A DNA stretch of 64,000 nt, taken from IMG/VR virus record IMGVR_UViG_3300045115_000211, positions 1 to 64,000 of that record; one strand, 5' to 3'. Each line of letters begins with the position of its first letter. Positions within the stretch are counted from its first letter, which is position 1. Below, one piece after another: positions 27,903 through 38,028 of the stretch. A program made the position numbers and the translations under genes. Under the pieces are notes generated by a model, which was given only the letters and a program-made list of their open reading frames with translations, was not told the DNA's origin and searched no databases. The stretch comes from a virus.

Positions 27903-28105
27903 CGTGAGCGAGGACATGTCAATTGCCCTGTCGCGTCTCAAGGCGGTCCCGTGGCTGGTCATCCCCGGACTGTTGTGCGGGTTGCTTTGCGGCGGATGGT
28001 GGGGCGTCCTGTTCGTCCTGTCGGCCACCGGAGGGGCCATTGGAGTCGGCCTTCTGATCTCGATGCTGGTTCCCCCAAGCCACGGCGGGTTCGTCAGGTA
28101 GCGAA

Positions 28106-28336
28106 ATGGGAACGACCAGACACCCAGCGGACACCGACGGCATCCTCGACAGGTGCTCCGAATGCGGGGAGAGGGCAAGGTACACATCCAAAGACGACGG
28201 ATCGCTCCTCTGGGGAGTCGAGTGTTCCGAATGCGCCAACTGCATTGACTTCCACCAGTCTAGGGACAGGGCAATGATCGTCTGGAACCAGACCCAGAGG
28301 CGCAACCTAGCGAACAGAGCGGGGGGATGCGATTAG
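28106..28336 (+). CDS. Lar-like Zn-finger protein
   Basis: CSECG...CSEC...WNQ. Confidence 0.5.
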   Translation: MGTTRHPADTDGILDRCSECGERARYTSKDDGSLLWGVECSECANCIDFHQSRDRAMIVWNQTQRRNLANRAGGCD

Positions 28337-28345
28337 GAGGCCGAC

Positions 28346-28720
28346 GTGGACAAGACGAAGTGCGACAAGTGCAGGGAGGCGGAGGCGACCGTCTACTTCG
28401 CCGCGATCAGCGGCAAGGGGCGCGCGTCAAGGCACCGCTATTGCCCCAAGTGCGCCAAGGAGGAGCGCGTCAGGCTGCTCCCCAGCGTGATCCCGCAAGG
28501 ACAGCAGCCATCGTCCGTGCTCGACATGGTCAGGCAGGAGCTGGACAAGACCGCCTCGGGGGAGCCGACAGCGGCGGAGACGACCGAACAGGCCGTCAAG
28601 CGCCTGAACAGGGCCATGCAGGCCGCCATCGCCAAGGAGGACTACGAGAAGGCGGCCAAGATCAGGGACGAGATCGCCGCCATCCAGCCCCAGGGCGGGA
28701 CCAAGGACCAGACGAAGTGA
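28346..28720 (+). CDS. McsA-like protein (CxxC pairs plus UVR domain)
   Basis: CDKC..EATV...CPKCA; AIAKEDYEKAAKIRDEI. Confidence 0.75.
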   Translation: MDKTKCDKCREAEATVYFAAISGKGRASRHRYCPKCAKEERVRLLPSVIPQGQQPSSVLDMVRQELDKTASGEPTAAETTEQAVKRLNRAMQAAIAKEDYEKAAKIRDEIAAIQPQGGTKDQTK

Positions 28721-28990
28721 GCCCCGGCAGGATCTCAAGTTGGCTGCGATCGAAGCCTGGCGAGTCCGACCTGTTCGGCACGAACGTAAGGCTCACGTGG
28801 AGGAAATTCCTCGCCTTCGGCCTCCGCAGGAGGAGGTCAACGTGCAGGAAGACTGGTCATGAGATGAATCCGATCGACCTGGCGATCATCGCGATCAAGG
28901 CCGGAGCCCTGAACAGGGAGGCCCTGTGCGACTCGACCGCCGAGCGCCCCCGTTGCGGCAGGAGGCTGGTCTTCAGGTTCTCGGCGAAGG

Positions 28991-29236
28991 CTATCGGACC
29001 ATCCGCGCCCTGACCGCCCTGTTGTGGGTCTCCGCCCGCGCCTTCGTGGCGGCCATCGTCGGGGCCTGCAGCACGAGGTTGACGATCGCGAGGATTCCCG
29101 CCTGCAGCTTCGGGTCGATGGCGACCCCGAAGTATTGCGTGGCGATCAGGCATCCGACCGTCACGACGTTCGTCCAGAGGGTCACGCTCTTGTACCACAC
29201 CGTCTTCGCCACCGGGATCGTGGTCTCTTCGCTCAT
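28991..29236 (-). CDS. holin-like small membrane protein
   Basis: KTVWYKSVTLWTN plus two TM segments and a basic tail. Confidence 0.5.
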   Translation of the reverse strand: MSEETTIPVAKTVWYKSVTLWTNVVTVGCLIATQYFGVAIDPKLQAGILAIVNLVLQAPTMAATKARAETHNRAVRARMVR

Positions 29237-29351
29237 GGCTTCCTCCGCTTTCGCTTGTCCAGGACTGGTACTTCGCCGGCCACGCCCGTCTACCCTTCCT
29301 GGTTGACCGGGGGCGTCGGACATGCTACATTATACAGCGAAGGAGGCCAGA

Positions 29352-29654
29352 ATGGCGACTTACGTCATCAGGATGACGCACGGCGAGTTCCTGACGGCCG
29401 GGGAGGTGGTCAAGGAGACGCCGTCGGGCTACTCCGTCAAGGGGATCGAGGGCTGCCATTTCTCCCACGTCGGGGGGAGGTTCCCCAAGGACGAGGTCGT
29501 GTTCGTGTCGGACGACAAGGCGAAGGTCGTCCGCCTGATGGCCTTCTACCTCGTCCTGTGGAGGCAGCACGGCGCGGTGATCGACGCCGCGAACAAGGCG
29601 TACAGGGAGTCCCTCGCGGCGATCACGGGACGGGATCCTAGGTCGGGAGCGTGA
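29352..29654 (+). CDS. hypothetical protein
   Basis: AAGGAGG RBS; TTGACC promoter. Confidence 0.55.
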   Translation: MATYVIRMTHGEFLTAGEVVKETPSGYSVKGIEGCHFSHVGGRFPKDEVVFVSDDKAKVVRLMAFYLVLWRQHGAVIDAANKAYRESLAAITGRDPRSGA

Positions 29655-29904
29655 AGTTCCAGTCCGACGTGACCCCCGCCTCGTCGTCCGGGATGTCGTC
29701 GGGATCGCGCTTGTACAATGGCCTCGGGGGAGGCAGAGGCACCGTGCCCCAGTTCACGTCCGTTTCGTCAGGCATGAAGACGAGCGGCGTCGGCAGTGGA
29801 TCCTCCACGTCGAAGCGCCTTCCTGCGGCGATGACATCGTCCATCGGGTTGTCAATCGGTCCGTCCATGCCATATACTTCCACGCCGCATTGTACAATGC
29901 CAAC

Positions 29905-30978
29905 ATGACAACACGGCAGGACAGGGAAAGACCGACGCCGATGGAGCCTCGCGTCCTCGCGGACGACACCTTGAAGGTGCTTTCCCTGTTCGCCGGCTGC
30001 GGCGGGATGGACCTCGGGTTCGAGCAGGCCGGGTTCGCCGTGGCCGCCGCCAACGAGTTCTGGCATCCCGCCGCCGAGACCTACCGGAGGAACTTCCCGG
30101 GCACGGTCCTCGTCGAGGGGGACATCAACGACCCCAGCGTCAAGGGCGACCTCGTGGCGGCCTGCGGAGGATCGTGCGACGTCCTGATCGGCGGCCCGCC
30201 CTGCCAGGCCTACTCCATGGCCGGAAGGCGCGACCCCAACGACCCCAGGGGCAGGCTGTTCGAGGCCTACGTCGAGATGGTCGGCAGGGTCAGACCAATG
30301 TTCACGGTCATGGAGAACGTCAAGGGCCTGCTCTCGATGAGGCACGACGGCGTGAGGGTGAGGGACCTCATCCACGCGAGGATGGACGAGGCGGGATACC
30401 AGGTCTTCACCAAGGTCCTCGACGCGGCCGACTACGGCGTCCCGCAGCACAGGGAGAGGGTCATCATCCTCGGCGCGAGGAAGGACGTCGCCTTCGACCC
30501 CCCAGGCATGAGCCCGTTCCCGCCCCATACCCACTCCAGACAGATGGACATGTTCGAGCCCTTGGCGCCCCATGTGTCGGTGCGCACGGCCATCGCCGAC
30601 ATCGCCGACCTGCCAGAGGATCCGGGAAGCAACCACGTCTTCACCAAGCACTCGCCAGAGTACGTCAAGAGGATACACATGACGCCATGGGGGAGCAGCG
30701 TCACGAGGTACTCGGAGGCGTGCTTCCGATGCCACCCGGACTTCCCGAGCAAGACCGTCAAGGCCAACAACGGTGGCGTGTTCATCCACTACGACAAGGA
30801 CAGGTGCATGTCGGCGCGCGAGCTGGCGAGGCTCCAGGGGTTCCCCGACCAACACGTGTTCCACGGGACCAAAGGAGACGTGCTCAAGCAGATAGGCAAC
30901 GCCGTGCCGCCGCCGCTCGCCAAGGCGATTGCGGAGAAATTACGCAATTTGACGCAGGGTTTGGCGTTGAAGGTATAG
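29905..30978 (+). CDS. DNA cytosine-5 methyltransferase
   Basis: LFAGCGG, GPPCQAYS, ENV, PQHRER, QIGNAVPP. Confidence 0.95.
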   Translation: MTTRQDRERPTPMEPRVLADDTLKVLSLFAGCGGMDLGFEQAGFAVAAANEFWHPAAETYRRNFPGTVLVEGDINDPSVKGDLVAACGGSCDVLIGGPPCQAYSMAGRRDPNDPRGRLFEAYVEMVGRVRPMFTVMENVKGLLSMRHDGVRVRDLIHARMDEAGYQVFTKVLDAADYGVPQHRERVIILGARKDVAFDPPGMSPFPPHTHSRQMDMFEPLAPHVSVRTAIADIADLPEDPGSNHVFTKHSPEYVKRIHMTPWGSSVTRYSEACFRCHPDFPSKTVKANNGGVFIHYDKDRCMSARELARLQGFPDQHVFHGTKGDVLKQIGNAVPPPLAKAIAEKLRNLTQGLALKV

Positions 30979-30981
30979 AAT
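30954..30981 (+). promoter_or_regulatory. example of the recurrent GCAGG-N19-GAAT promoter motif
   Basis: 11 copies with identical spacing in the window (see findings). Confidence 0.7.
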
Positions 30982-30990
30982 GGTATAGAC

Positions 30991-31158
30991 ATGAAGAAAA
31001 AGAAGACTGGTCTGTATGTCAAGTTGACAGCCGATGATGTCACAACTATCAGGGAATTGCGAAAAAGGTTTGCGGTCAACATATCCCAGTTGGTCAGGAT
31101 AGCCTTGCGTCGCAACCTAGACGCGCTCATCCAATCGGGCGGAGATGCCAGCCGATGA
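30991..31158 (+). CDS. 55-aa ribbon-helix-helix-like micro-protein (not in ORF track)
   Basis: MKKKKTGLYVKL...VNISQLVRIAL; paralog at 55703-55861; ATGA-coupled to the endonuclease. Confidence 0.75.
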   Translation: MKKKKTGLYVKLTADDVTTIRELRKRFAVNISQLVRIALRRNLDALIQSGGDASR

Positions 31159-31877
31159 ACAGACCAATTGACACAAGCTTAGACGCAAAGGTGATCGATC
31201 TGTATGTCAATCATCGATGGACTATGCGTCGCATAGCACGCTCGCTCGAAACAGATCACCATGCGGTTCAGAGGCTTCTTGCTCGCCATGCAGTCGCCAT
31301 TGACAAGAGGGGAAGGGTATGCGAACCGTTCTCGGCGGAACACCGCAGGAAGTTGTCAGAAGCAAAAGTCAAGAACCCATCAGGTCACGCCTTCAAGAAA
31401 GGGGAGAAGCATTCTTGGCCCACTTGGTCGAAAGGCAAGAAAATGACGCACGATTTCAGGCTCAAGCAGATTCGGGTAAAGTTCGGATTGGATGACGTCT
31501 ATGACTTGAGTCCGTACGTTGACCTAGATCGTTTTCTTTTCTTGAGTCGATTAATTTGCAAACTGCGGAAATGGCTTGGCAGCACGGAATCCGAGAAACA
31601 TCGGGCACAGTTGGATTTTATCAAGAGGTTTTACTTCGACCAGTCTTTCAACCTGCTGTACGACGGGTGGGTCAAGAGTGGAAGGAACAAATGGCATCGG
31701 CCATCGCTTGACCACCGAACCCCCAAGTCAAGGGGCGGAACATTTGACTTGGACAACCTGCGTTTCATAACATGGTTTGAAAACAGAGCGAAGGCTGACA
31801 TGGACGACAAGGAGTGGCGAAAGTTCAAGTCTGAAACGAAGACGACTTCATCCTTGTTCGTAGACCAACCCCAATGA
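31155..31877 (+). mobile_element. HTH/NUMOD3/HNH homing-endonuclease-like gene
   Basis: SAEHRRKLSEA; PSLDHRTPKSRGG...NLRFI...ENRAK; lower GC. Confidence 0.8.
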
Positions 31878-32677
31878 ACACCGCATCCGAAGAGACCATA
31901 CTGACCGAAGGCATTCTTGTTCCAGACGCCATCGTTCAAGGGGATTGTCTGAAACTCATGCCTCTTGTTCCTGACCATTCTGTCGATCTTGTGTTGGCAG
32001 ATTTGCCTTACGGGACGACCCAAAATCAGTGGGACTCCGTCATACCGTTGGAGCCACTGTGGGCGCAGTACGACAGGCTGCTGTCCAAGGACGGGGTCGT
32101 GGTCCTCACGGCGCAGGGGAAGTTCTCCGCTATGCTGATCCTTGCGGCCCCGGAATCGATCCCGTACAGGTACTCCGCCGTCTGGTGCAAGCGCAACCAC
32201 ACGAACCAGCTCAACGCCAAGAGGCAACTCCTCCGCAAGCACGAGGACGTGCTCGTGTTCTACCGCGGGGACCCGGCCTACAACCCGCAGGGACTCGTCA
32301 GGAAGGGCACGCTCACCAAGCAAGGCAAGACCTCCACGACCTGCTACGGTGAACAAAAGCGTGACCCCTACGTGCAGGAGTGGACGAACTGGCCCACGAC
32401 GCTCATCGAGGTCGACGGGAAGACCAGCAGAACCCACCCGACTGAAAAGCCATTGGCATTGTGGGTTTATTTGATGAGGACATTCAGCAACGAGGGAGGC
32501 TTGGTTTTAGATAACTGTTCTGGCTCTGGTACAACTGCCGTGGCGGCCAGGATGTTCGGAAGGCGTTTTGTTTGTATCGAAAAGGACGCAGACATACACG
32601 CAAAATCGCTGGTCAGACTGGAACAAGAGGCTCCAGTTTGTGACCTATTTGGCTCAACGATTCCAGGGTCTTCCTGA
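31874..32677 (+). CDS. DNA N4-C/N6-A methyltransferase (beta class)
   Basis: ADLPYG, HPTEKP, LDNCSGSGTT. Confidence 0.92.
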   Translation: MNTASEETILTEGILVPDAIVQGDCLKLMPLVPDHSVDLVLADLPYGTTQNQWDSVIPLEPLWAQYDRLLSKDGVVVLTAQGKFSAMLILAAPESIPYRYSAVWCKRNHTNQLNAKRQLLRKHEDVLVFYRGDPAYNPQGLVRKGTLTKQGKTSTTCYGEQKRDPYVQEWTNWPTTLIEVDGKTSRTHPTEKPLALWVYLMRTFSNEGGLVLDNCSGSGTTAVAARMFGRRFVCIEKDADIHAKSLVRLEQEAPVCDLFGSTIPGSS

Positions 32678-33568
32678 TGCTGTCTTTGACCATCTCCTTG
32701 GACTGACTCACATCGTGCTCCCAAAAACGCAGAACAGTGTACCCGCACTTGCGCATGTATGCGTCTTGTGACCTGTCGAGGTTCATTCTTTTGGTCTGTC
32801 TTGGGCCCGGATTTCGATAGCCATGCCAGTAGTCTCCGTCCCATTGAATGACGAGGCTTGTCCCATCAACAACCGCATCTACGACGAATTTGTCGGAGAT
32901 CAGCACTTGGGTCGAGAACGAGAGACCCAACTCCCGAAGAATGGCAGATCCATTTTCTTCGAGGCTGGTAGGCTTTTGACGCCGTTGTTGTGCAAGGTTG
33001 CCTGCGATGACGGCGTTTCGTTTCCAGTCTGGGCATGCGTTTCTGCACGCCATTGAGCAGTACAGAACGGCAGCGAATTTCTTTTTGCACGGGCTGCGTC
33101 TGAACACCTTTCCGCATGTTTTGCAGGTGTGCTCAACCTTGTGTCTTCCTTGATAGTCGTTGTGGCATTTTGGGTCACAAAAGCAGTTTTTGATAGCCTT
33201 CCCAAGGGGATGTAGATTGGAACGCCGCAGTTTTTGCACCTCGATTCTGTTCCCGTAAGTCTTGTTTGCCCGAAACAGGCCCCAGAGCAATAGATCTGCT
33301 TGTCGTGGCTTGGTTGAAATTTCTTGCCGCATCGCTTGCAAACCTTGGGCGTGCTTCGAGAGGCAACGCCGGCGCATTTTCTCGAACAGTATTTGCCTGT
33401 GCGATGCTGGTTGACCACGAATCCCCTCCCGCACACGCGGCACTCTTCCATTCTTGACATCGCATCTGGGCGATAGCACCGCATTGAGCAGAAACGATAC
33501 GGTTTGTATCCGACGCGGGAAAACCCTTTTCCGCACCTCTGGCAAACATATTGACTGATGTGTCTCAT
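32613..33568 (-). pseudogene. Zn-ribbon-repeat / DUF559-Vsr-like endonuclease, frameshifted near 33190
   Basis: repeated CxxCGK.F...YCSxxC in one frame continues in a second frame ending DGDYWH...D...GYTVLRFWE. Confidence 0.75.
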
Positions 33569-33693
33569 GACTTGCTCTTTGGCACATCCCAATATGCCGT
33601 CTTGCACTTTGGGCACATCCTCACGTCGCTTTTCCTGGGAACCCACTTCCAATCGCATTTCAGGCACTTGAGGAATTGGAGTTTGACTTTCAT
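33565..33693 (-). CDS. 42-aa Zn-ribbon micro-protein (not in ORF track)
   Basis: MKVKLQFLKCLKCDWKWVPRKSDVRMCPKCKTAYWDVPKSKS; ATGA-coupled. Confidence 0.8.
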   Translation of the reverse strand: MKVKLQFLKCLKCDWKWVPRKSDVRMCPKCKTAYWDVPKSKS

Positions 33694-33730
33694 GGACACT
33701 CATACGATGTTACATAGGTAAATCCCTGCA

Positions 33731-33759
33731 TTGACTTTCGGTAGCGAGGCGCCTATAAT
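33731..33759 (+). promoter_or_regulatory. sigma70 promoter, leaderless vsr
   Basis: TTGACT-17-TATAAT, GTG 6 nt later. Confidence 0.8.
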
Positions 33760-33765
33760 GCCAGC

Positions 33766-34179
33766 GTGAGAAAAGAAACCAAAGCGCAGATCAGCCACCG
33801 GATGGCCCTCATCCGCGGCAAGTGGACCCTGCCGGAGAGGCAGGCCCATGGGTTCCTGAAGTCCATCCACGCCAGGCACAGGATGCACCCCACGATGCCT
33901 TCCAAGGACATGGGGCATCCTGACGTCGCCCTGTCGGGGACGCGCACCGTCCTGTTCGCCCACGGATGCTTCTGGCACGACTGCCCGGCGTGCGCCAGGG
34001 ACAAGGCGAGGATGAAGCCCTTCTGGAGGGACAAGGTCACGAGGAACGCCGCCAGGGACGGGCGCCAACTCGCCGCCTTGCGATCCGCCGGGTGGAACCC
34101 CGTCGTCATCTGGGAGCACGACTTCAGGAGCGGCGCCTACAAGGGGTTGTTGAGGCTGGCAGTGGACGGGGCACGATAG
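33766..34179 (+). CDS. vsr: very-short-patch-repair endonuclease
   Basis: T.PE, GHPD, FAHGCFWH, FWRDKVTRNAARD, GW...IWE. Confidence 0.85.
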   Translation: MRKETKAQISHRMALIRGKWTLPERQAHGFLKSIHARHRMHPTMPSKDMGHPDVALSGTRTVLFAHGCFWHDCPACARDKARMKPFWRDKVTRNAARDGRQLAALRSAGWNPVVIWEHDFRSGAYKGLLRLAVDGAR

Positions 34180-34192
34180 GGCGAGGCATGGG

Positions 34193-34987
34193 ATGCTGGT
34201 CATCGATGCGAACGGAAGGCTGAAGACGCCGGACGGCGTCCCCCTGGACGATTACGTGTGGCGCCGCCAGTACCGGGTCGGCGCCGACGGGACGTCGCGC
34301 CTCGCATTCTCGATGATGGGGGTCACGCGCGAGTCGTACATGGGGACCCCAGAGCCCAACCCGCGAGGGCCATTGCGGGTCATGTTCGTGCCGCCGGACG
34401 GCGTCTTCGTGCCTTCCAGCAGGCTGGTCGCGCTGAGGCCCTGCTGCGAGCACATCTCCGTCACCTTGTCGAGGGGATACCACGCCAGCGAGGACGTCAA
34501 CCCCGTCGCGGCCGATCCTTCCAGGATGTCCTACGAGATCGACGCCATAGCCGCCGTGATCTGCGAACCCGCCTCGCCTGCCGCTCCAGCCCCGTCGCCG
34601 CTGGAAGCCGTGGCCGCGGCGCGCATAGTCGCGGGATCCATATTGACGATCGATGACTCCACTTGTCTCGTGCGGCTCGCCATCGGAGGCGAGCACCCCA
34701 TCGGGGTCGCCACCGCCGCCCCCGACTCCGACGGCAACGTGGAGGCTTTCCTGTCGTCGGGAGAGACCGTCAGACTCCAGTCCAGGCAGGCCATCGTCGT
34801 CGAGCACGGCGAGCGCCTGCCGACGGTGCCCGCCGAACAGTGGCTTATCCGCGAGAGGATGCGGGAGGCCATGCGAGCCGCCCGACCGACCAGCAAACCC
34901 GGCAACCCCTTCGGCGGGCCGGCCGTCCCTTCCGATCCTGAAGTCGGCGACTTCAGGATCGCGGAGGAGGACGAGTTGCTGGGGTAG
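34193..34987 (+). CDS. hypothetical protein
   Basis: long ORF tiling the region. Confidence 0.45.
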   Translation: MLVIDANGRLKTPDGVPLDDYVWRRQYRVGADGTSRLAFSMMGVTRESYMGTPEPNPRGPLRVMFVPPDGVFVPSSRLVALRPCCEHISVTLSRGYHASEDVNPVAADPSRMSYEIDAIAAVICEPASPAAPAPSPLEAVAAARIVAGSILTIDDSTCLVRLAIGGEHPIGVATAAPDSDGNVEAFLSSGETVRLQSRQAIVVEHGERLPTVPAEQWLIRERMREAMRAARPTSKPGNPFGGPAVPSDPEVGDFRIAEEDELLG

Positions 34988-35070
34988 TTGACTCCGGATC
35001 GGCCAGCCCCTATAATGGGCGCCTGAAGGACGGAAATCTGAAAGGCTGGCAATCCACAAAGGAGGACGGG

Positions 35071-35691
35071 ATGAACGGGTTCGGATCGAGGAACGGCGGG
35101 GTCGGGCTGTACGTGCTGCTGGGGATCGGTGTCGTGGCGGTGTTCCTGGCGTTTATGCTGATGGGCTGGAGCAACGCCGAGCGGGCGCAGCGCAACCTGC
35201 TGACGGCCAAGCAGAAGGACAACACGTCCGAGTTCGACAACCTCAAGAAGAAGATCAACGGCATCGTGTCCATCCCCGAGGCCAAGATGGACGCGCTCAA
35301 GTCGATCTTCGTCGAGCACGCCCAGGCCCGCACGTCCGGCGGCAGCCAGGACGGCTCGCTGATGAAGTGGGTCACGGAGTCCGTGCCCAACGTCGGCGAC
35401 GCCGCCGGCATCTATGACCAGGTGCTGAACCTCGTCGTGGCGTCCCGCGACTCGTGGACGCAGCGCCAGAAGGAAATCCTCGACATGAAGAGGGTGCACG
35501 ACAACATCCTCGACCTCGGGTTCCGCGGCCTGTTCCTGACGTCGGTGCTCGGCAGGCAGAAGATCGAAGTCGTAATCGTGACGTCCGTCGCGACGAAGCG
35601 CGCCTTCGAGACCGGCGAGGACAACGACGACGGCACCCTGTTCAAGCGCAGGGCCGACAAGCCCTCCGAGAAGACCGCCGTCGAGAAGTAG
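35071..35691 (+). CDS. N-terminally anchored membrane protein (LemA-like coiled coil)
   Basis: one TM segment; AAGGAGG RBS; TTGACT/TATAAT promoter. Confidence 0.6.
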   Translation: MNGFGSRNGGVGLYVLLGIGVVAVFLAFMLMGWSNAERAQRNLLTAKQKDNTSEFDNLKKKINGIVSIPEAKMDALKSIFVEHAQARTSGGSQDGSLMKWVTESVPNVGDAAGIYDQVLNLVVASRDSWTQRQKEILDMKRVHDNILDLGFRGLFLTSVLGRQKIEVVIVTSVATKRAFETGEDNDDGTLFKRRADKPSEKTAVEK

Positions 35692-35697
35692 GGGACC

Positions 35698-35961
35698 ATG
35701 ATCTTCACGCTCGGCAGGAAGGACATCTACGAGCCGCTCTTCGTCGACCCGGACAAGCCTCCGAGGAAGGCGAAGGGCGGTAGCGTCTGGCAGACCTGGG
35801 GCGGGGCCGAGAAGCACAGGCTCTCGATGCCGAAGCCCAACGACTTCGCCGTGTACGGCGTCGGCGCCGACTGGCACAGCTCGCAGGTAAGGGCCGAGGA
35901 GAGGGGCGTCGAATGGCGCTCCTTGACGGTCGATGCTCCCCTCGTGAGGATAGCCGTCTGA
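35698..35961 (+). CDS. hypothetical protein
   Basis: ORF tiling the operon. Confidence 0.5.
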   Translation: MIFTLGRKDIYEPLFVDPDKPPRKAKGGSVWQTWGGAEKHRLSMPKPNDFAVYGVGADWHSSQVRAEERGVEWRSLTVDAPLVRIAV

Positions 35962-37190
35962 TGAGCGACATGGGCATGTCCTTCTTCTACGGGATGGCGA
36001 TGCTGCCGATCCTGATCGGCCTGTTCCTCTTCGCCAAGAAGCGCGAGGTCGTGTGGTGGGAGTGGCTCGCGGGCTGCGGCCTCGCCCTGCTGATGGCGGT
36101 CATATTCCATTGGATCGCCCTTGAGGCGCAGTGCCGCGACCACGAGGTCTTCTCCGGCAAGGTCGTCTCGGCGACACATCACCCCTGGTGGCAGGCCCGC
36201 GAGGAGGTTGACGACTACGAGGACGAGGAGTACACGGACTCCGAAGGCAACAAGCACACCAGGCGCAAGAAGGTCGGTTCGCACTACGAGTACCACGACC
36301 ATCCCGAGCATTGGACGTGCGAGGCGGACTTCGGATCGTACTCCTCGACCGTCGAGTACGAGATCGACCAGGCGTTCTTCCGCCAGATCGCGGCCAACTT
36401 CTGCGGCGGCAGCCTGCGGACCGTGCAGCCGTGGAAGTCGGACTTCTACAAGGGCGACAAGAACGAATACGTCGCCGACAACAAGACGGGCTACGTCTAC
36501 CCAACGACCCGCTGGATGGCCTTCAAGAACCGCGTCAAGGCGTCCCCCAGCCTGTACTCCTTCGCCCCGGTCCCCAAGGACGCCAAGGTCTTCCCGTACC
36601 CGGCCTGCAAGGACCCGTTCGCCTCCGACAGGCTCGTGGGGACGGCGAGGCAGACCATCCCCTTGAGGGACTTCGACGTGATGTGCTCGTCCCTCGGCCC
36701 AAGGAAGAAGGTCAACCTGATCATGGTCGGGTTCGGCGAGGCCGGATCCGAGGCGGCCCACGTGCAGGAGGCTGCCTGGGTTGGCGGCAAGAAGAACGAC
36801 CTCGTCCTCTGCTACGGCGGCAAGGACCAGAGGAAGCCGTCCTGGACGTACGTGTTCGGCTGGACGGACAAGGCCATCGTGAAGGTCAACCTCCAGTCCA
36901 TCCTGCTGAAGAACCCCATCGACGCGACGATCCTGCCACTCGTCGAGGCGGAGGTCTCCAGGAACTACGAGATCAAGGAATGGAGGGACTTCAGCTACCT
37001 CCAGGTCGAGCCGCCGGCGTGGTCGTACTGGGTCTACATCTTCGTGATGGTCGGCGCCCAGGTCGGGTTCTGGTTCTGGGCCAGGTCGAACGAGTTCGGG
37101 AAGGACACGCCGCGCGGATCCGGCCCGAGGAACCCCTTCGACAGGACCTTCGGCGGGTTCGGGTCGGGCGGCAGGAGGCTGTTCCGGTGA
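35961..37190 (+). CDS. membrane protein (2 N-terminal TM, large soluble domain, C-terminal TM)
   Basis: hydrophobic segments; strong codon bias. Confidence 0.65.
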   Translation: MSDMGMSFFYGMAMLPILIGLFLFAKKREVVWWEWLAGCGLALLMAVIFHWIALEAQCRDHEVFSGKVVSATHHPWWQAREEVDDYEDEEYTDSEGNKHTRRKKVGSHYEYHDHPEHWTCEADFGSYSSTVEYEIDQAFFRQIAANFCGGSLRTVQPWKSDFYKGDKNEYVADNKTGYVYPTTRWMAFKNRVKASPSLYSFAPVPKDAKVFPYPACKDPFASDRLVGTARQTIPLRDFDVMCSSLGPRKKVNLIMVGFGEAGSEAAHVQEAAWVGGKKNDLVLCYGGKDQRKPSWTYVFGWTDKAIVKVNLQSILLKNPIDATILPLVEAEVSRNYEIKEWRDFSYLQVEPPAWSYWVYIFVMVGAQVGFWFWARSNEFGKDTPRGSGPRNPFDRTFGGFGSGGRRLFR

Positions 37191-37446
37191 AGGATGGCGA
37201 CAAGACCTGCTGGAAGACCTGGAACCCCGACGGGCGCGGCCCGCGCGGAACATGCTGCTGCAACTGCGCGAGCCACAGGTCGCTCTGGTCGCACCCGTGG
37301 GTCGACGGCAAGCCCGTGACCCACAGGACCGGGTGGGCTTGCGTGTCCTCCGGACTGAGCACGCGCAAGGCCACGTTGAGCAACAGGCATGGGCTGTGCG
37401 AGCTGTACGAGCCGAGGGCAGCCGCCAAGGCGGAACGGAGGTTGTC

Positions 37447-38028
37447 ATGAAACAGGAAGTTGTTCTCGACTGCGGGGAGGCGAACAAGACGCCGGTCTAC
37501 TGCGTGTGGTTCGGTCCAGTACAGAGCCCGATGCCAGAGTTCTCTCTCGGAGTTCCCGTCGCAAAGGCCGAGTTCTTGGCTGCGCTGAAGAGGTTCGACA
37601 AGAACTACACCACATACGTCATTCGCACCGTCAAGATGGCGTCCAGTCCAGACGAGGACAGAAACCCGCCTGATCGGTACTCCCAAGAGTTCATCCGGCC
37701 AAATGGGAGGCTGTTCAGGGTGTGGATACTGCACACTCACATGACATCACTCGTCGTACGGGCAAACGACCCCGGCAATGTCGCCCCCGTGGTCGTGGGG
37801 TGGCTGTCGAACAACGAAAAGATGGGCCGCATCCAGAAGGTGACTGAGCTCCCCCTGTACATCGAGGACGACGACGGGGAGGAATGCGGCGACCTGGACT
37901 ACAGGAGGTTCGATGGGCCTCCGAAGACGGCCGGGGACTTCGACATCGTGGCGTACGCGAGCATCTTCGACGACAGGAGGAAGGATGAGGATCGCAAGCA
38001 TAGTAAGCGGCGGTCAAGCCGGCGCTGA
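37447..38028 (+). CDS. hypothetical protein
   Basis: GGAGG RBS before MKQEVV. Confidence 0.5.
   Translation: MKQEVVLDCGEANKTPVYCVWFGPVQSPMPEFSLGVPVAKAEFLAALKRFDKNYTTYVIRTVKMASSPDEDRNPPDRYSQEFIRPNGRLFRVWILHTHMTSLVVRANDPGNVAPVVVGWLSNNEKMGRIQKVTELPLYIEDDDGEECGDLDYRRFDGPPKTAGDFDIVAYASIFDDRRKDEDRKHSKRRSSRR

Noticed and set aside
29905-34179. Type II restriction-modification operon (MTases + nucleases + Vsr)
   Set aside because: The intervening nucleases have homing-type architecture (NUMOD3, Zn repeats), lower GC and their own cassette promoters, so they look inserted rather than cognate REases.
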